Shown here in pieces: positions 29,531 to 38,784 of a stretch of 64,000 nt of DNA. The notes beneath the pieces are model-generated. The model did not search any database, was not told the DNA's origin, and saw only the letters and a list, made by a program, of their open reading frames with translations. This DNA is from Actinomycetota bacterium (GTDB lineage: Bacteria > Actinomycetota > UBA4738 > HRBIN12), in NCBI GenBank assembly GCA_036257835.1, contig DATAEU010000033.1, positions 1,198 to 65,197 of the forward strand, read 5' to 3'. Positions within the stretch are counted from its first letter, which is position 1. The number at the start of each line of letters is the position of its first letter. Made by a program: the position numbers and the translations under genes.

Positions 29531-31560
29531 TCGACCGCCTCGTCGATCACGAGGTTCCCGAGCCGATCGGCGATCACGCGCTGGCCGGGCAGCGCGACGG
29601 TGGTCGACGTCGGCTCCTGGACGATGCACGGACCGTCGAGGACGCGGCCGGGCTCGAGCGAGTCGCGGTCGACGACCCGGACCCTCCCCACGCCGCCGTG
29701 CACGTCGAGATCGACCTCGCGCGGCGCGAACGACCGTGCCGGACCGGCGCCTCCGGTCGTCCACCCGACAGCCGCGGCCGGCGCCGACACGGCGACCCGG
29801 ACCGAGATGACCTCGACCGGGACCGTCAGGCTGAACGCGTACGCCTCCTCGGAACGGCGGTCGAACTCCTCGCGCAACCGGCCGAGCGCGCCATCGCCGA
29901 TCGGTCCCTTCGCGAGCGGAACCTCGAGCCCGTGTTCCTGCCCCCGGTACCGGAGCTCGGCGAACCGTTCGATCCGAAGGTCGCTACTCGCGTCCTCGAT
30001 CGCGCCCGCGGCCTCGCGCTCGAGCTCGGTGAACGCGATCGCGAGCGTCGCGGCGTCGAGCGGTCCGACATGCGTTCGGACGGCGTCCGAACGGATCTCG
30101 GACAGGAGCATCCCGAAGGCCGAGAAGATCCCGGGTGCGGGCGGGATCACGATCCGTTGCATCCCGAGCTCGCGCGCGAGCGGCGCGGCGTGAAGCGGTC
30201 CGCCGCCGCCGTATGCGATGAATGTGAAGTCGCGCGGGTCGTGGCCCCGGCGGACGCTGACCAGCCGGAGCGCGTGCGCCATCTGGGCGACCGCGAACCG
30301 GAGCACCCCGCGCGCGGCCTCCCGAGCGCTCACGCCGAGGCGCACCCCGAGCCGCTCGAAGGCCTTGCGGGCCGCGTCGACGTCGACCCGCATCGATCCG
30401 CCGAGGAAGTAGTCGGGGTCAAGGCGTCCGGTGAGGAGGTTCGCGTCGGTCAGGGTCGGCTCATCGCCGCCGGCGCCGTAGCAGGCGGGGCCGGGCTCGG
30501 CGCCCGCGCTTCGCGGACCGACGTGCAGCCCCCCGGCGTCGTCCACCCATGCGATCGAGCCGCCGCCCGCACCGATCTCGACGATCTCGACGACGGGCGT
30601 CTGCACCGGGTACCCGGCGAACGACGGGGTGCGCTCGACGTGGTGGAGCGTCTCGACGCGCAGCCGGCCGTCGACGACGGCGGAGGTCTTGGCGGTCGTC
30701 CCGCCCACGTCGAGCGCGAGCACGTTTCGCGCCCCGAGGCGGCGTCCCGCCTCCGCCGCGGCGAGCACGCCGGCAACCGGCCCGGACTCGAGCAGCGCGA
30801 TCGGGGATCGCGCTGCGCGATCGAACGACGCCACGCCTCCGCCCGACCGAACGGCGTAGAGCGGTCCGCGGACGCCCGCCGACGCCAGGCGGTCGCGCAG
30901 GGCGGCGAGGTACGCCGCGACGACGGGCTTCACGTAAGCCGACAGCACCGCCGTGCTCGTCCGCTCGTACTCGCGCCACTGCGCGCTGATGTCGCTCGAC
31001 GCGACGACCTCGAGGTCCGGGAGGAGCTCGCCGAGGAGCGCCGCGGCGCGTCGTTCGTGTGCGGGATTCGTCCACGAGTGCAGGAAGCAGACCGCGACGG
31101 CGTGGACGCCGCGGGATCGGATCGCCTCGGCGACGGAACGGATCTCGTCCTCGTCGATCGGCATCAGCACATCGCCTCGATACGACATGCGCTCGCGAAC
31201 CTCGAAGCGCAGCCGCCGCGGCACGAACGGCGTGGGCTTCGCGTAGACGAGGTTGTAGAGATCGGGTCTGTTCGCTCGTCCGATCTCGAGGACGTCGCGG
31301 AAGCCGGCCGTCGTGACGAGGGCGGTGGGAACGCCCCGCCGCTCCGTGATCGCGTTGATCACGACCGTCGTGCCGTGGACCAGCATCTCGACGGCGCCCG
31401 GTGCCACGTCCGACCGTTCGAGCGCGGTCATCACACCCTCGTCCAGCCGCCCGGGCGTCGTCGACGCCTTGGACACGACGAGGTCGCCCGTCACCGAGTC
31501 CACGGCAGCGAGGTCGGTGAACGTGCCTCCGATGTCGATGGCGACCCGGTGCGAAACGGT
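29527..31560 (-). CDS. hyuA: Hydantoinase A/oxoprolinase (HyuA); N-terminus uncertain
   Basis: In-frame ORF 29527..31503. The essential RVAIDIGGTFTDLAAV motif is encoded just upstream (31504-31548) in the same frame, but with no start. An ATG in the +1 frame lies across a C6/G6 run at 31561-31566. Confidence 0.7.
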   Translation of the reverse strand, partial: TVSHRVAIDIGGTFTDLAAVDSVTGDLVVSKASTTPGRLDEGVMTALERSDVAPGAVEMLVHGTTVVINAITERRGVPTALVTTAGFRDVLEIGRANRPDLYNLVYAKPTPFVPRRLRFEVRERMSYRGDVLMPIDEDEIRSVAEAIRSRGVHAVAVCFLHSWTNPAHERRAAALLGELLPDLEVVASSDISAQWREYERTSTAVLSAYVKPVVAAYLAALRDRLASAGVRGPLYAVRSGGGVASFDRAARSPIALLESGPVAGVLAAAEAGRRLGARNVLALDVGGTTAKTSAVVDGRLRVETLHHVERTPSFAGYPVQTPVVEIVEIGAGGGSIAWVDDAGGLHVGPRSAGAEPGPACYGAGGDEPTLTDANLLTGRLDPDYFLGGSMRVDVDAARKAFERLGVRLGVSAREAARGVLRFAVAQMAHALRLVSVRRGHDPRDFTFIAYGGGGPLHAAPLARELGMQRIVIPPAPGIFSAFGMLLSEIRSDAVRTHVGPLDAATLAIAFTELEREAAGAIEDASSDLRIERFAELRYRGQEHGLEVPLAKGPIGDGALGRLREEFDRRSEEAYAFSLTVPVEVISVRVAVSAPAAAVGWTTGGAGPARSFAPREVDLDVHGGVGRVRVVDRDSLEPGRVLDGPCIVQEPTSTTVALPGQRVIADRLGNLVIDEAVE

Positions 31561-31694
31561 CCCCCCTCGAGATCCGCGAGCGCGAAGCGTACGTCCTCAT
31601 CCCGGCCTGCGCTTTCGGCACCGAAGTTGGCGGTTCACGCCGTGCGCGTTGTGCCGGCGCGACGCCGCCGGGGAAGTTCTTCGGCTGCCCACAG

Positions 31695-31710
31695 GTTCCT
31701 CTCGAGGAAC
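31695..31710. promoter_or_regulatory. Inverted repeat GTTCCTC-TC-GAGGAAC in the hyuA/htrA divergent intergenic region, a candidate operator
   Basis: 7-2-7 perfect inverted repeat about 60 nt upstream of the htrA-like ATG. Confidence 0.3.
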
Positions 31711-31769
31711 ATTCACGTACCGTGGAGAGGGTGATCTCGCGGGATCGGCCCGCGAAGCGAGGCAACGAG

Positions 31770-33020
31770 ATGGCGTACGAACACGATCGACCGGCCGGCG
31801 GATGGACGAGCGACGTCTTGCCGCCCCCACCTCCGCCACGGACCCAGGACGCCTCGCCGGGTGGACCGTCGCGGCGGCGCGGTCCCCGGCTCCTCGTGCT
31901 TCTCGCCTCGATCGTCGCGATGGCCCTGGTCGTCGCCACCGGGCTCGGCCTCGTCTTTTCGGCGTCGCCCGGCGCGCCGACGGCGATGTCCTCCGCCCCG
32001 ATCCGGACCGTTCCGCAGTCTGGCACCAACGGCAACCGGACGGACGGCGGGATCGACGTCCAGGCGGCCGCGTCGCGCGTCGCGCCCGCGGTCGTCGACA
32101 TCAACACCACGCTCACGTCGTTCTCGGAGCCGGGCGCCGCCGGGCGCGCCGCCGGTACCGGCATCATCCTGACCTCCTCGGGTGAGGTCCTCACCAACAA
32201 CCACGTCATCCAGAACGCCTCGACGATCCGGGTGACCACCGACGGCGGCAGCACGTACTCGGCGAAGGTCCTCGGCGTCGATCAGACGCACGACGTCGCG
32301 CTGCTCCAGCTCCAGGGCGCGTCCGGTCTGCCGACCGCGACGCTCGCCGACTCCTCGTCGCTCGTGATCGGGCAGGAGGTCGTCGCGATGGGCAACGCGC
32401 TCGGCCGCGGTGGCGCGCCGAGCGTCACGGCGGGGACCATTACCGGGCTCGACCGCTCGATCATCGCGCGGAGCGACATCGGTGGGGGTGAGCACCTCCA
32501 GAACCTGATCCAGACCGATGCCTCGATCAGCCCCGGCGACTCCGGCGGCCCGCTCGTCAACGCGGACGGCCAGGTGGTCGGGATGATCACGGCCGGCGCC
32601 AACGTCCACACGTCGACCTCGACGAACGTCGCGTTCGCGATCCCGGCCGACGACGCGATCTCGGTCGTCGACCGGGTTCGTTCGGGAAACGAGGGGCCGA
32701 ACGTGATCATCGGCGAGGCGGGATTCCTCGGCATCGAGGTAGCGCCGCTCGACCCCGCCACGGCGGCCCGGCTGGGCCTCGGGGGCGACGCGAGCGGGGT
32801 TGTCGTCGCCGGCCTCAAGCCGAACGGTCCGGCCGAGCAAGCCGGGATCGCGACGGGATCCGTCATCACGGCGGTGAACGGGCAGAAGATTTCCTCGGAG
32901 GACCAGCTCGCCTCGGCGCTGCATCAGCACGCGCCCGGCGAGCAGGTGCAGATCACGTGGGTCGACGGCAACGGCAGCCACACGGCGACCGTGCGGCTGG
33001 TCGCCGGCCCGGCCGTGTGA
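31770..33020 (+). CDS. HtrA/DegP-like trypsin-family serine protease with a PDZ domain
   Basis: Catalytic GDSGGPL, with the His at TNNHVI. N-terminal TM anchor. C-terminal PDZ-like domain. Confidence 0.8.
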   Translation: MAYEHDRPAGGWTSDVLPPPPPPRTQDASPGGPSRRRGPRLLVLLASIVAMALVVATGLGLVFSASPGAPTAMSSAPIRTVPQSGTNGNRTDGGIDVQAAASRVAPAVVDINTTLTSFSEPGAAGRAAGTGIILTSSGEVLTNNHVIQNASTIRVTTDGGSTYSAKVLGVDQTHDVALLQLQGASGLPTATLADSSSLVIGQEVVAMGNALGRGGAPSVTAGTITGLDRSIIARSDIGGGEHLQNLIQTDASISPGDSGGPLVNADGQVVGMITAGANVHTSTSTNVAFAIPADDAISVVDRVRSGNEGPNVIIGEAGFLGIEVAPLDPATAARLGLGGDASGVVVAGLKPNGPAEQAGIATGSVITAVNGQKISSEDQLASALHQHAPGEQVQITWVDGNGSHTATVRLVAGPAV

Positions 33021-33072
33021 CGCAACGCGCTCCGCGACGCCTGCCTTGACCGAACGGTAGCTCCCGCCTAGC

Positions 33073-33086
33073 CTATCGCGCGATAG
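33073..33086. promoter_or_regulatory. Perfect 14-bp palindrome CTATCGCGCGATAG upstream of the ureohydrolase gene, a candidate operator
   Basis: Perfect dyad about 27 nt upstream of GTG 33113. Confidence 0.3.
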
Positions 33087-33112
33087 TTTCGAGACGGGCC
33101 ACGGGGGGACCG

Positions 33113-34084
33113 GTGGGGGAGCCGACGTATCGGCCGGAGGATTCGTCGAAGACGGCCCGCTTCATCGGCATCCCCACGTTCGCGCGGCTGCCGTACGTCC
33201 GAACGCTGACGGACGTCGACCTCGCGATCGTCGGGACGCCGTTCGATACGGGCGTCACGTTCCGTACCGGAGGACGGTTCGGTCCCAACAGCGTCCGCGC
33301 GGCGTCGGTCCTGCTCCGCCCCTACAACCCGAACCTCGACGTCAAGCCCTTCGACGTGCTCTCGTGCGTCGACTACGGCGACGTCCCGATCGTCCCCGGG
33401 TTCATCGACCGGTCGTACGAGGCGATCGAGCAGACGGTCGCGCCGATCGTCGAGGCCGGGGTGGTGCCGATGCTGCTCGGCGGCGACCACTCGATCACGC
33501 TCGGCCACCTCCGCGGGACACGGTCGCTCGGGCCGGTCGCCGTGATCATGTTCGACGCGCACACGGACGCCTGGGACAACTACTACGGCGAGCGCTACAC
33601 GCACGGCACATGGATGCGACGCGCGATCGAGGAGGACCTGGTCGACGTCGATCACTCGATCGAGGTCGGTCTGCGGGGCTCGCTGTACGACGCGTCCGAC
33701 TGGACGGTCCTGAAGGACGAGCTGGGGCTCGACTACGTCTCCACGACGGACGTTCTCGCCGCCGGCATCCTGGCCACGGTCGATCGGATCCTCGATCGCG
33801 TCGGCGACCGGCGCGCGTTCATCAGCTTCGACATCGACGTGATCGACCCCGCGTTCGCGCCCGGCACCGGCACGCCGGAGGCGGGCGGCCTGACGTCCGT
33901 CCAGGGGCTTGAGCTGGTGCGCGGCCTCACCGGCATCGACCTCGTGGGCTTCGACGTCGTCGAGGTCATCCCGAGCTACGACCCGGCCGGCGTCACCGCG
34001 ACGCTGGCCGCGAACCTCGCGTACGAGATGGTGAGCCTGGTTGCCCTGCGCAGGCTCCAGCAGACAAGGGGGAGTCATGGGTAG
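33113..34084 (+). CDS. Arginase-family ureohydrolase (agmatinase/guanidinobutyrase/formiminoglutamase-like)
   Basis: Mn-binding motifs GGDHSIT, DAHTD and SFDIDVIDP. Confidence 0.85.
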   Translation: MGEPTYRPEDSSKTARFIGIPTFARLPYVRTLTDVDLAIVGTPFDTGVTFRTGGRFGPNSVRAASVLLRPYNPNLDVKPFDVLSCVDYGDVPIVPGFIDRSYEAIEQTVAPIVEAGVVPMLLGGDHSITLGHLRGTRSLGPVAVIMFDAHTDAWDNYYGERYTHGTWMRRAIEEDLVDVDHSIEVGLRGSLYDASDWTVLKDELGLDYVSTTDVLAAGILATVDRILDRVGDRRAFISFDIDVIDPAFAPGTGTPEAGGLTSVQGLELVRGLTGIDLVGFDVVEVIPSYDPAGVTATLAANLAYEMVSLVALRRLQQTRGSHG

Positions 34085-35762
34085 CAGGGATATCAGCAGG
34101 CGCGAGTTCCTCCGGCGGGCCGGGATCACCGGCGCCGGCGCGGCGTCGTTCGCGTCGCTGGCGGCGCTGCTCGCCGCGTGCACCAACTCGACGCCGACCT
34201 CGACGGCGAGCGGCTCCTCGAGCGCCGGCGGCAGCGCCATCAGCCTCGGAGGCCGCGACCCGAACACGCTGGTCGTCGCCGTCGACGCGTTCCTGCCCGA
34301 CTTCGACCCCGCCTCCTACTTCTTGCTCTCGGGCATCGTGACGAACTACGGCATCTACGAGGGCCTGGTGCGGATGAAGGGCTCGAGCGCAACCGACATA
34401 GAGCCGGTCCTGGCCGAATCGTGGACGACGAACCCCGACAAGAGCGCGTGGACCTTCAAGCTGCGTTCGAGCGTGAAGTACTCGGACGGCACACCGTTCG
34501 ACGCGAACACCCTCAAGGACGCGTACACGCGGACGATCACCGCCGGCCTCGGCGCCGGCTCGACGCTCAGCACGTACATCACCGACCCCGGCAAGCAGAT
34601 GGTGGCGAGGGACGCGGGGACGATCGTGTTCGATCTCGGCTCGCCCGTCCCGCGATTCGACTTGCTCCTCGCGTCGCAGTACGGGACCGGCATCGTGAAC
34701 CCGAACGTCGAGAAGCAGGGCAAGAACCAGGGCCACGACTACCTGTCCTCGCACTCGGCCGGCACGGGCGCCTACATGGTCGAGAGCGTCCAGCCGAACG
34801 ACCAGGTGACGTTCGTCCGGAATCCGAACTACTGGCGCGGATGGAGCGGCAGCCACTTCGAGAAGGTCATCATCAAGCAGGTCGAGGAGGACGCGAGCCG
34901 CCGGCAGGGCATCCAGGCCGGCGACTTCGACATCGCGTTCCCGGGCACGCCGCAGGACACCGACGCGCTCCGCAGCGTCGACGGGATCGTGGTCGGTGAC
35001 CAGAAGGTGCTGGGGATGGAGTACGTGATCCTCGGGGAGTACGGACCGCTCGCGACGCCGGAGGCGCGTCGCGCGATCAACCTGCTGTTCCCGCACGACG
35101 ACTTCCTGAACTCCGTGATGAAGGGCGCGCTCGAGGCCCCGAACAGCGTGCTGCCCGATCTGATGCTCTTCTGCGAGCAGGGCACGTACGACCGGACGAC
35201 GAGCGTCGACCAGGCCAAGCAGCTGCTGCAGCAGGCCGGCGTGAAGCCCGGGACCGAGCTGACCTACGAGTACTACCCCGGTCGCCGCAAGGAACCCGGC
35301 CTCGTGCTGCAACAGCAGCTGCAGTCGGTGGGCCTGAACCTGAAGCTGGTGGAGAAGGCATACCCGACGTTCGTCGCGGACATGACGACGGACAAGCCGG
35401 AGTCCGAGCGGTCCAACATGTATTACTGGTTCTGGTGGCCCGAGTACAACAACCCGTCGGACTACCTGTATCCGATCCTGTCCCAGAACGCCACGCCGAA
35501 GGCCGCGCTCTTCAACAGCGGCTACTACATGAACGACACGGTCGACAACGCGATCAACAACGGCTTCGTCGAGTCCGACGAGACGAAGCTGCAGTCGATG
35601 TGGACGAAGGCGCAGGCGATCATGGGTCAAGACGATCCGCCGTGGCTGCCGATCGGTCAGATCATCGACACGACCTATCTGCGCAGCGACGTGGGTGGCT
35701 ACGTGGCGAACCCGCTGTACGTCCTGAGCTACGACTACTACGCGTTGTCGCGCTCGTCGTAG
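34077..35762 (+). CDS. ABC transporter substrate-binding lipoprotein, family 5, with a Tat signal
   Basis: ATG 34077 after AAGGGGGAG. SRREFLRRAGITGAG twin-arginine motif. Lipobox LLAAC. Confidence 0.85.
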   Translation: MGSRDISRREFLRRAGITGAGAASFASLAALLAACTNSTPTSTASGSSSAGGSAISLGGRDPNTLVVAVDAFLPDFDPASYFLLSGIVTNYGIYEGLVRMKGSSATDIEPVLAESWTTNPDKSAWTFKLRSSVKYSDGTPFDANTLKDAYTRTITAGLGAGSTLSTYITDPGKQMVARDAGTIVFDLGSPVPRFDLLLASQYGTGIVNPNVEKQGKNQGHDYLSSHSAGTGAYMVESVQPNDQVTFVRNPNYWRGWSGSHFEKVIIKQVEEDASRRQGIQAGDFDIAFPGTPQDTDALRSVDGIVVGDQKVLGMEYVILGEYGPLATPEARRAINLLFPHDDFLNSVMKGALEAPNSVLPDLMLFCEQGTYDRTTSVDQAKQLLQQAGVKPGTELTYEYYPGRRKEPGLVLQQQLQSVGLNLKLVEKAYPTFVADMTTDKPESERSNMYYWFWWPEYNNPSDYLYPILSQNATPKAALFNSGYYMNDTVDNAINNGFVESDETKLQSMWTKAQAIMGQDDPPWLPIGQIIDTTYLRSDVGGYVANPLYVLSYDYYALSRSS

Positions 35763-35834
35763 CGCCCGGGCGGGCGTCGGACGACGGAGGGGGCGAGCGG
35801 TATCGGCCGGCTGATCCTTCGGCGCATCGGCTTC

Positions 35835-36809
35835 ATGGTGTTCGTCGTGTGGGGCGTCACGCTCGTGACGTTCTTCCTGTCGCGCGTGGTCCCGGGCGAT
35901 CCCGCGCGCCTGCTCGCCGGCCCGAAGGCGAGCCCCGTCGAGATCGCGCACATCCGCTCGATCTACGGCCTCGACGAGCCGCTGCTCGTGCAGTACGAGA
36001 AGTACGTCGTCGACCTGGTGCACGGGGACCTCGGGCAGTCGTTCGTCACGCGCCGGGCTGTCACGACGGACATCGCGACGTTCCTGCCGGCGACGCTCGA
36101 GCTGTCGGGGTGGGCGCTCCTGATCGGGTTCGGTCTCGGGCTGGTGTTCGGCGGGTTCGCGGCGTATGGGCGCGGCACGCCGATCGACGGCGGGTCGCGG
36201 CTGTTCGCGATCGCCGGGCTGTCGGTGCCGGCGTTCTGGCTCGCACTGCTGCTGCAGCTGCTGTTCCATACGCGGCTCGGATGGTTCCCGCTCGGCGGCC
36301 GATTGTCCGCGTCCGTCGCTCCGCCGCCGCACCTGACCGGGATCATCACGCTCGACGCGCTGGTGACGCTCCACGTGCGGGCGTTCCTGGACGCGCTGTG
36401 GCATCTGGTGCTGCCGGTCGCCGCGTTGGCGGCGGGCGTGTTCGGCCTGATGACGCGGATCGTGCGCACGGCGGTCCTCGACGTGCTGGGTGAGGACTTC
36501 GTCCGCGGTGCCGAGGCCAAGGGGCTCGGGAGGTGGCGGATCATCCGCCGCCACGTGATGCGGAACGCGATGCTGCCGGCCGTCACGGTGCTCGGCCTCG
36601 AGTTCGGGCTCCTCGCGTCGGGGGTGTTCGTGGTCGAGGCCGTGTTCCAGTGGCCGGGGCTCGGGAGCTACGCCTTCCAGGCGATCCAGGCGTCGGATTA
36701 CGCCGCGACGCTCGGGGCCACGCTCGTGATCGCGCTGATGTACGTGATTACGAACCTCGTCGTCGACCTCGCGTACCTGTACCTCGACCCGAGGATCCGC
36801 TACACGTGA
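35835..36809 (+). CDS. ABC transporter permease (DppB-type); the true start is probably upstream (CTG 35811 or ATC 35802)
   Basis: The homologous N-terminus G-R-LILRRIGFMVFVV lies between the SBP stop (same frame) and the first ATG, with no canonical start. GGAGGGGG sits at 35787-35794. Confidence 0.75.
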   Translation: MVFVVWGVTLVTFFLSRVVPGDPARLLAGPKASPVEIAHIRSIYGLDEPLLVQYEKYVVDLVHGDLGQSFVTRRAVTTDIATFLPATLELSGWALLIGFGLGLVFGGFAAYGRGTPIDGGSRLFAIAGLSVPAFWLALLLQLLFHTRLGWFPLGGRLSASVAPPPHLTGIITLDALVTLHVRAFLDALWHLVLPVAALAAGVFGLMTRIVRTAVLDVLGEDFVRGAEAKGLGRWRIIRRHVMRNAMLPAVTVLGLEFGLLASGVFVVEAVFQWPGLGSYAFQAIQASDYAATLGATLVIALMYVITNLVVDLAYLYLDPRIRYT

Positions 36810-37714
36810 TCGCACCCGCGCGTGCCGAGGTCGAGTTCGGCGGGCCGACCCGCGGCCGTGTCTGGCGGCGCGGGATCGCATCGTTCCTCTCGGCGTCGTG
36901 GCTGAACGTGCTCGGCGCGGCGATCGTCCTGCTGGTCGTGTTCGTCGCCGCGTTTGGTCCGGCGATCGCACCGCACGATCCGAACCACATCGACCTGCTG
37001 AACGTGCTGAAGCCGCCGTCCGGCGCGTATCCGTTCGGGACCGACAACCTGGGCCACGACATGCTCAGCCGCGTGCTGGCCGGCGCGCGGATCTCGCTGG
37101 TGGTCGCCGTCATCATCCTGTCGCTCTCGGTGGCGTTCGGGACGCTGCTCGGCATCGTCTCCGGGCTCATGGGCGGTCTGGTGGACGAGTTGATCCAGCG
37201 CGTGACCGATCTGTTCCTCGCGTTCCCGGCGTTCATCTTGGCGGCGGCGATCGCGGCGACGCTCGGGCCCTCGCTGTACCACACGGTGCTCGCGCTCGCC
37301 GTCGTGTTCTGGCCGTGGTACACGCGGCTCGCGCGCGGGCAGGTGCTCTCGCTGCGCGAGCGCGAGTTCGTCCTGGCCTCGCGCGTGGCTGGCGGCCGGA
37401 CGCGGTGGATCGCGATCCGCCATCTGCTCGTGAACATCCTGCCGATCATCGTCGTGCAGGTCTCGCTCGACGTGGGCTACGCGATGCTCGCCACCTCGGC
37501 GCTGTCGTTCCTAGGGCTCGGGGCGCAGCCGCCGACGCCGGAGTGGGGCGCGCTGATCACCGACGGCCGAAGCTTCATCCAGACGGCGTGGTGGTGGCCG
37601 ACGTTCCCGGGCCTGGCGCTCGCCATCACCGTGCTCGGGTTTAACCTGCTGGGCGACGGACTGCGCGATGCGATCGACCCCCGGCTTCGGGGGAGCCTCG
37701 GAGGGGTCGAGTGA
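36806..37714 (+). CDS. ABC transporter permease (DppC-type)
   Basis: GTG overlaps the upstream stop (GTGA). FGTDNLGHDMLSRV N-terminus. Confidence 0.85.
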   Translation: MIAPARAEVEFGGPTRGRVWRRGIASFLSASWLNVLGAAIVLLVVFVAAFGPAIAPHDPNHIDLLNVLKPPSGAYPFGTDNLGHDMLSRVLAGARISLVVAVIILSLSVAFGTLLGIVSGLMGGLVDELIQRVTDLFLAFPAFILAAAIAATLGPSLYHTVLALAVVFWPWYTRLARGQVLSLREREFVLASRVAGGRTRWIAIRHLLVNILPIIVVQVSLDVGYAMLATSALSFLGLGAQPPTPEWGALITDGRSFIQTAWWWPTFPGLALAITVLGFNLLGDGLRDAIDPRLRGSLGGVE

Positions 37715-38784
37715 CCGAGCCTGTCCTGGCCGTCCGCGACCTCGTCGTCCGGTTCCGCACGGGCAAGCGGGTGGTGCACGCCGTGAACGGCGTGAGCTTC
37801 GAGCTGGAGGCCGCCGGCGCGCTGGGACTGGTCGGAGAGTCCGGGTCGGGCAAGAGCGTGACCAGCCTCGCGATCCTCCGGCTGCTGCCGCGGCACGGGT
37901 GGATCGAGCGCGGCGAGGTGCGGTTCGAGGGCCGGGACCTGCTCGCGCTCTCCGCGACCGACATGCGCACGATGCGCGGGGCGCGGCTGTCGATGGTCCT
38001 GCAGGACCCGCTGTCGAGCCTCAATCCGGTGCTGTCGATCGGCGAGCAGATCGAGGAGGCGATCCGTGCCCACGCCGACGCGAGCAGGGCCGAGGCGCGC
38101 CGGCGGGCGGCCGAGCTCCTCGCGGCCGTCGGCATCCCGCGCCCGGACGAGCAGCTCGACCGGTTCCCCCACCAGTTCAGCGGCGGGATGCGCCAGCGGG
38201 TGATGATCGCGACCGCGCTCGCGCTCCGCCCGACCGTGCTCTTCGCCGACGAGCCGACGACCGCGCTCGACGTGACGGTGCAGGCGCAGGTGCTCGACCT
38301 GCTGCGGACGCTGACCGCCGAGATGGGGACGGCGATCGTGCTGATCAGCCACGACCTCGGCGTGATGGCGCGGATGACCGAGGACATCTGCGTGATGTAC
38401 GCCGGGTTCGTCGTCGAGCAGGCCCCGACCGAGGAGATCTTCCGCCGGCCGTCGCATCCGTACACGGTCGGGTTGCTGCGCTCGATCCCGCACCGCGGCG
38501 TCGCGCGCGGCGCGCTCCACGCGATCGACGGCGCGCCGCCCGATCTCGAGCGCGAGCCGGTCGGGTGTCCCTTCGCGCCGCGCTGTGCCTGGCGGATCGA
38601 GGCGTGCTGGCGCGAGATGCCGCCGCTCGTCGCCGCCGGCGACGGCGCCCACCTCCTCGCGTGTCATCATCCGGCCACGCCCGAGGAAGCGGCCGCCGGG
38701 CGGCCGCTGGATCCGGGGTTCGCGCCGGCGCCGCCGCCCGGCGATGTCGCCGCCGCGGCCGCCCTGCTCGAGGCGACGCCGTGA
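37711..38784 (+). CDS. ABC transporter ATP-binding protein (DppD-type)
   Basis: GESGSGKS, FSGGMRQR, GTGA overlap. Confidence 0.9.
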   Translation: MTEPVLAVRDLVVRFRTGKRVVHAVNGVSFELEAAGALGLVGESGSGKSVTSLAILRLLPRHGWIERGEVRFEGRDLLALSATDMRTMRGARLSMVLQDPLSSLNPVLSIGEQIEEAIRAHADASRAEARRRAAELLAAVGIPRPDEQLDRFPHQFSGGMRQRVMIATALALRPTVLFADEPTTALDVTVQAQVLDLLRTLTAEMGTAIVLISHDLGVMARMTEDICVMYAGFVVEQAPTEEIFRRPSHPYTVGLLRSIPHRGVARGALHAIDGAPPDLEREPVGCPFAPRCAWRIEACWREMPPLVAAGDGAHLLACHHPATPEEAAAGRPLDPGFAPAPPPGDVAAAAALLEATP

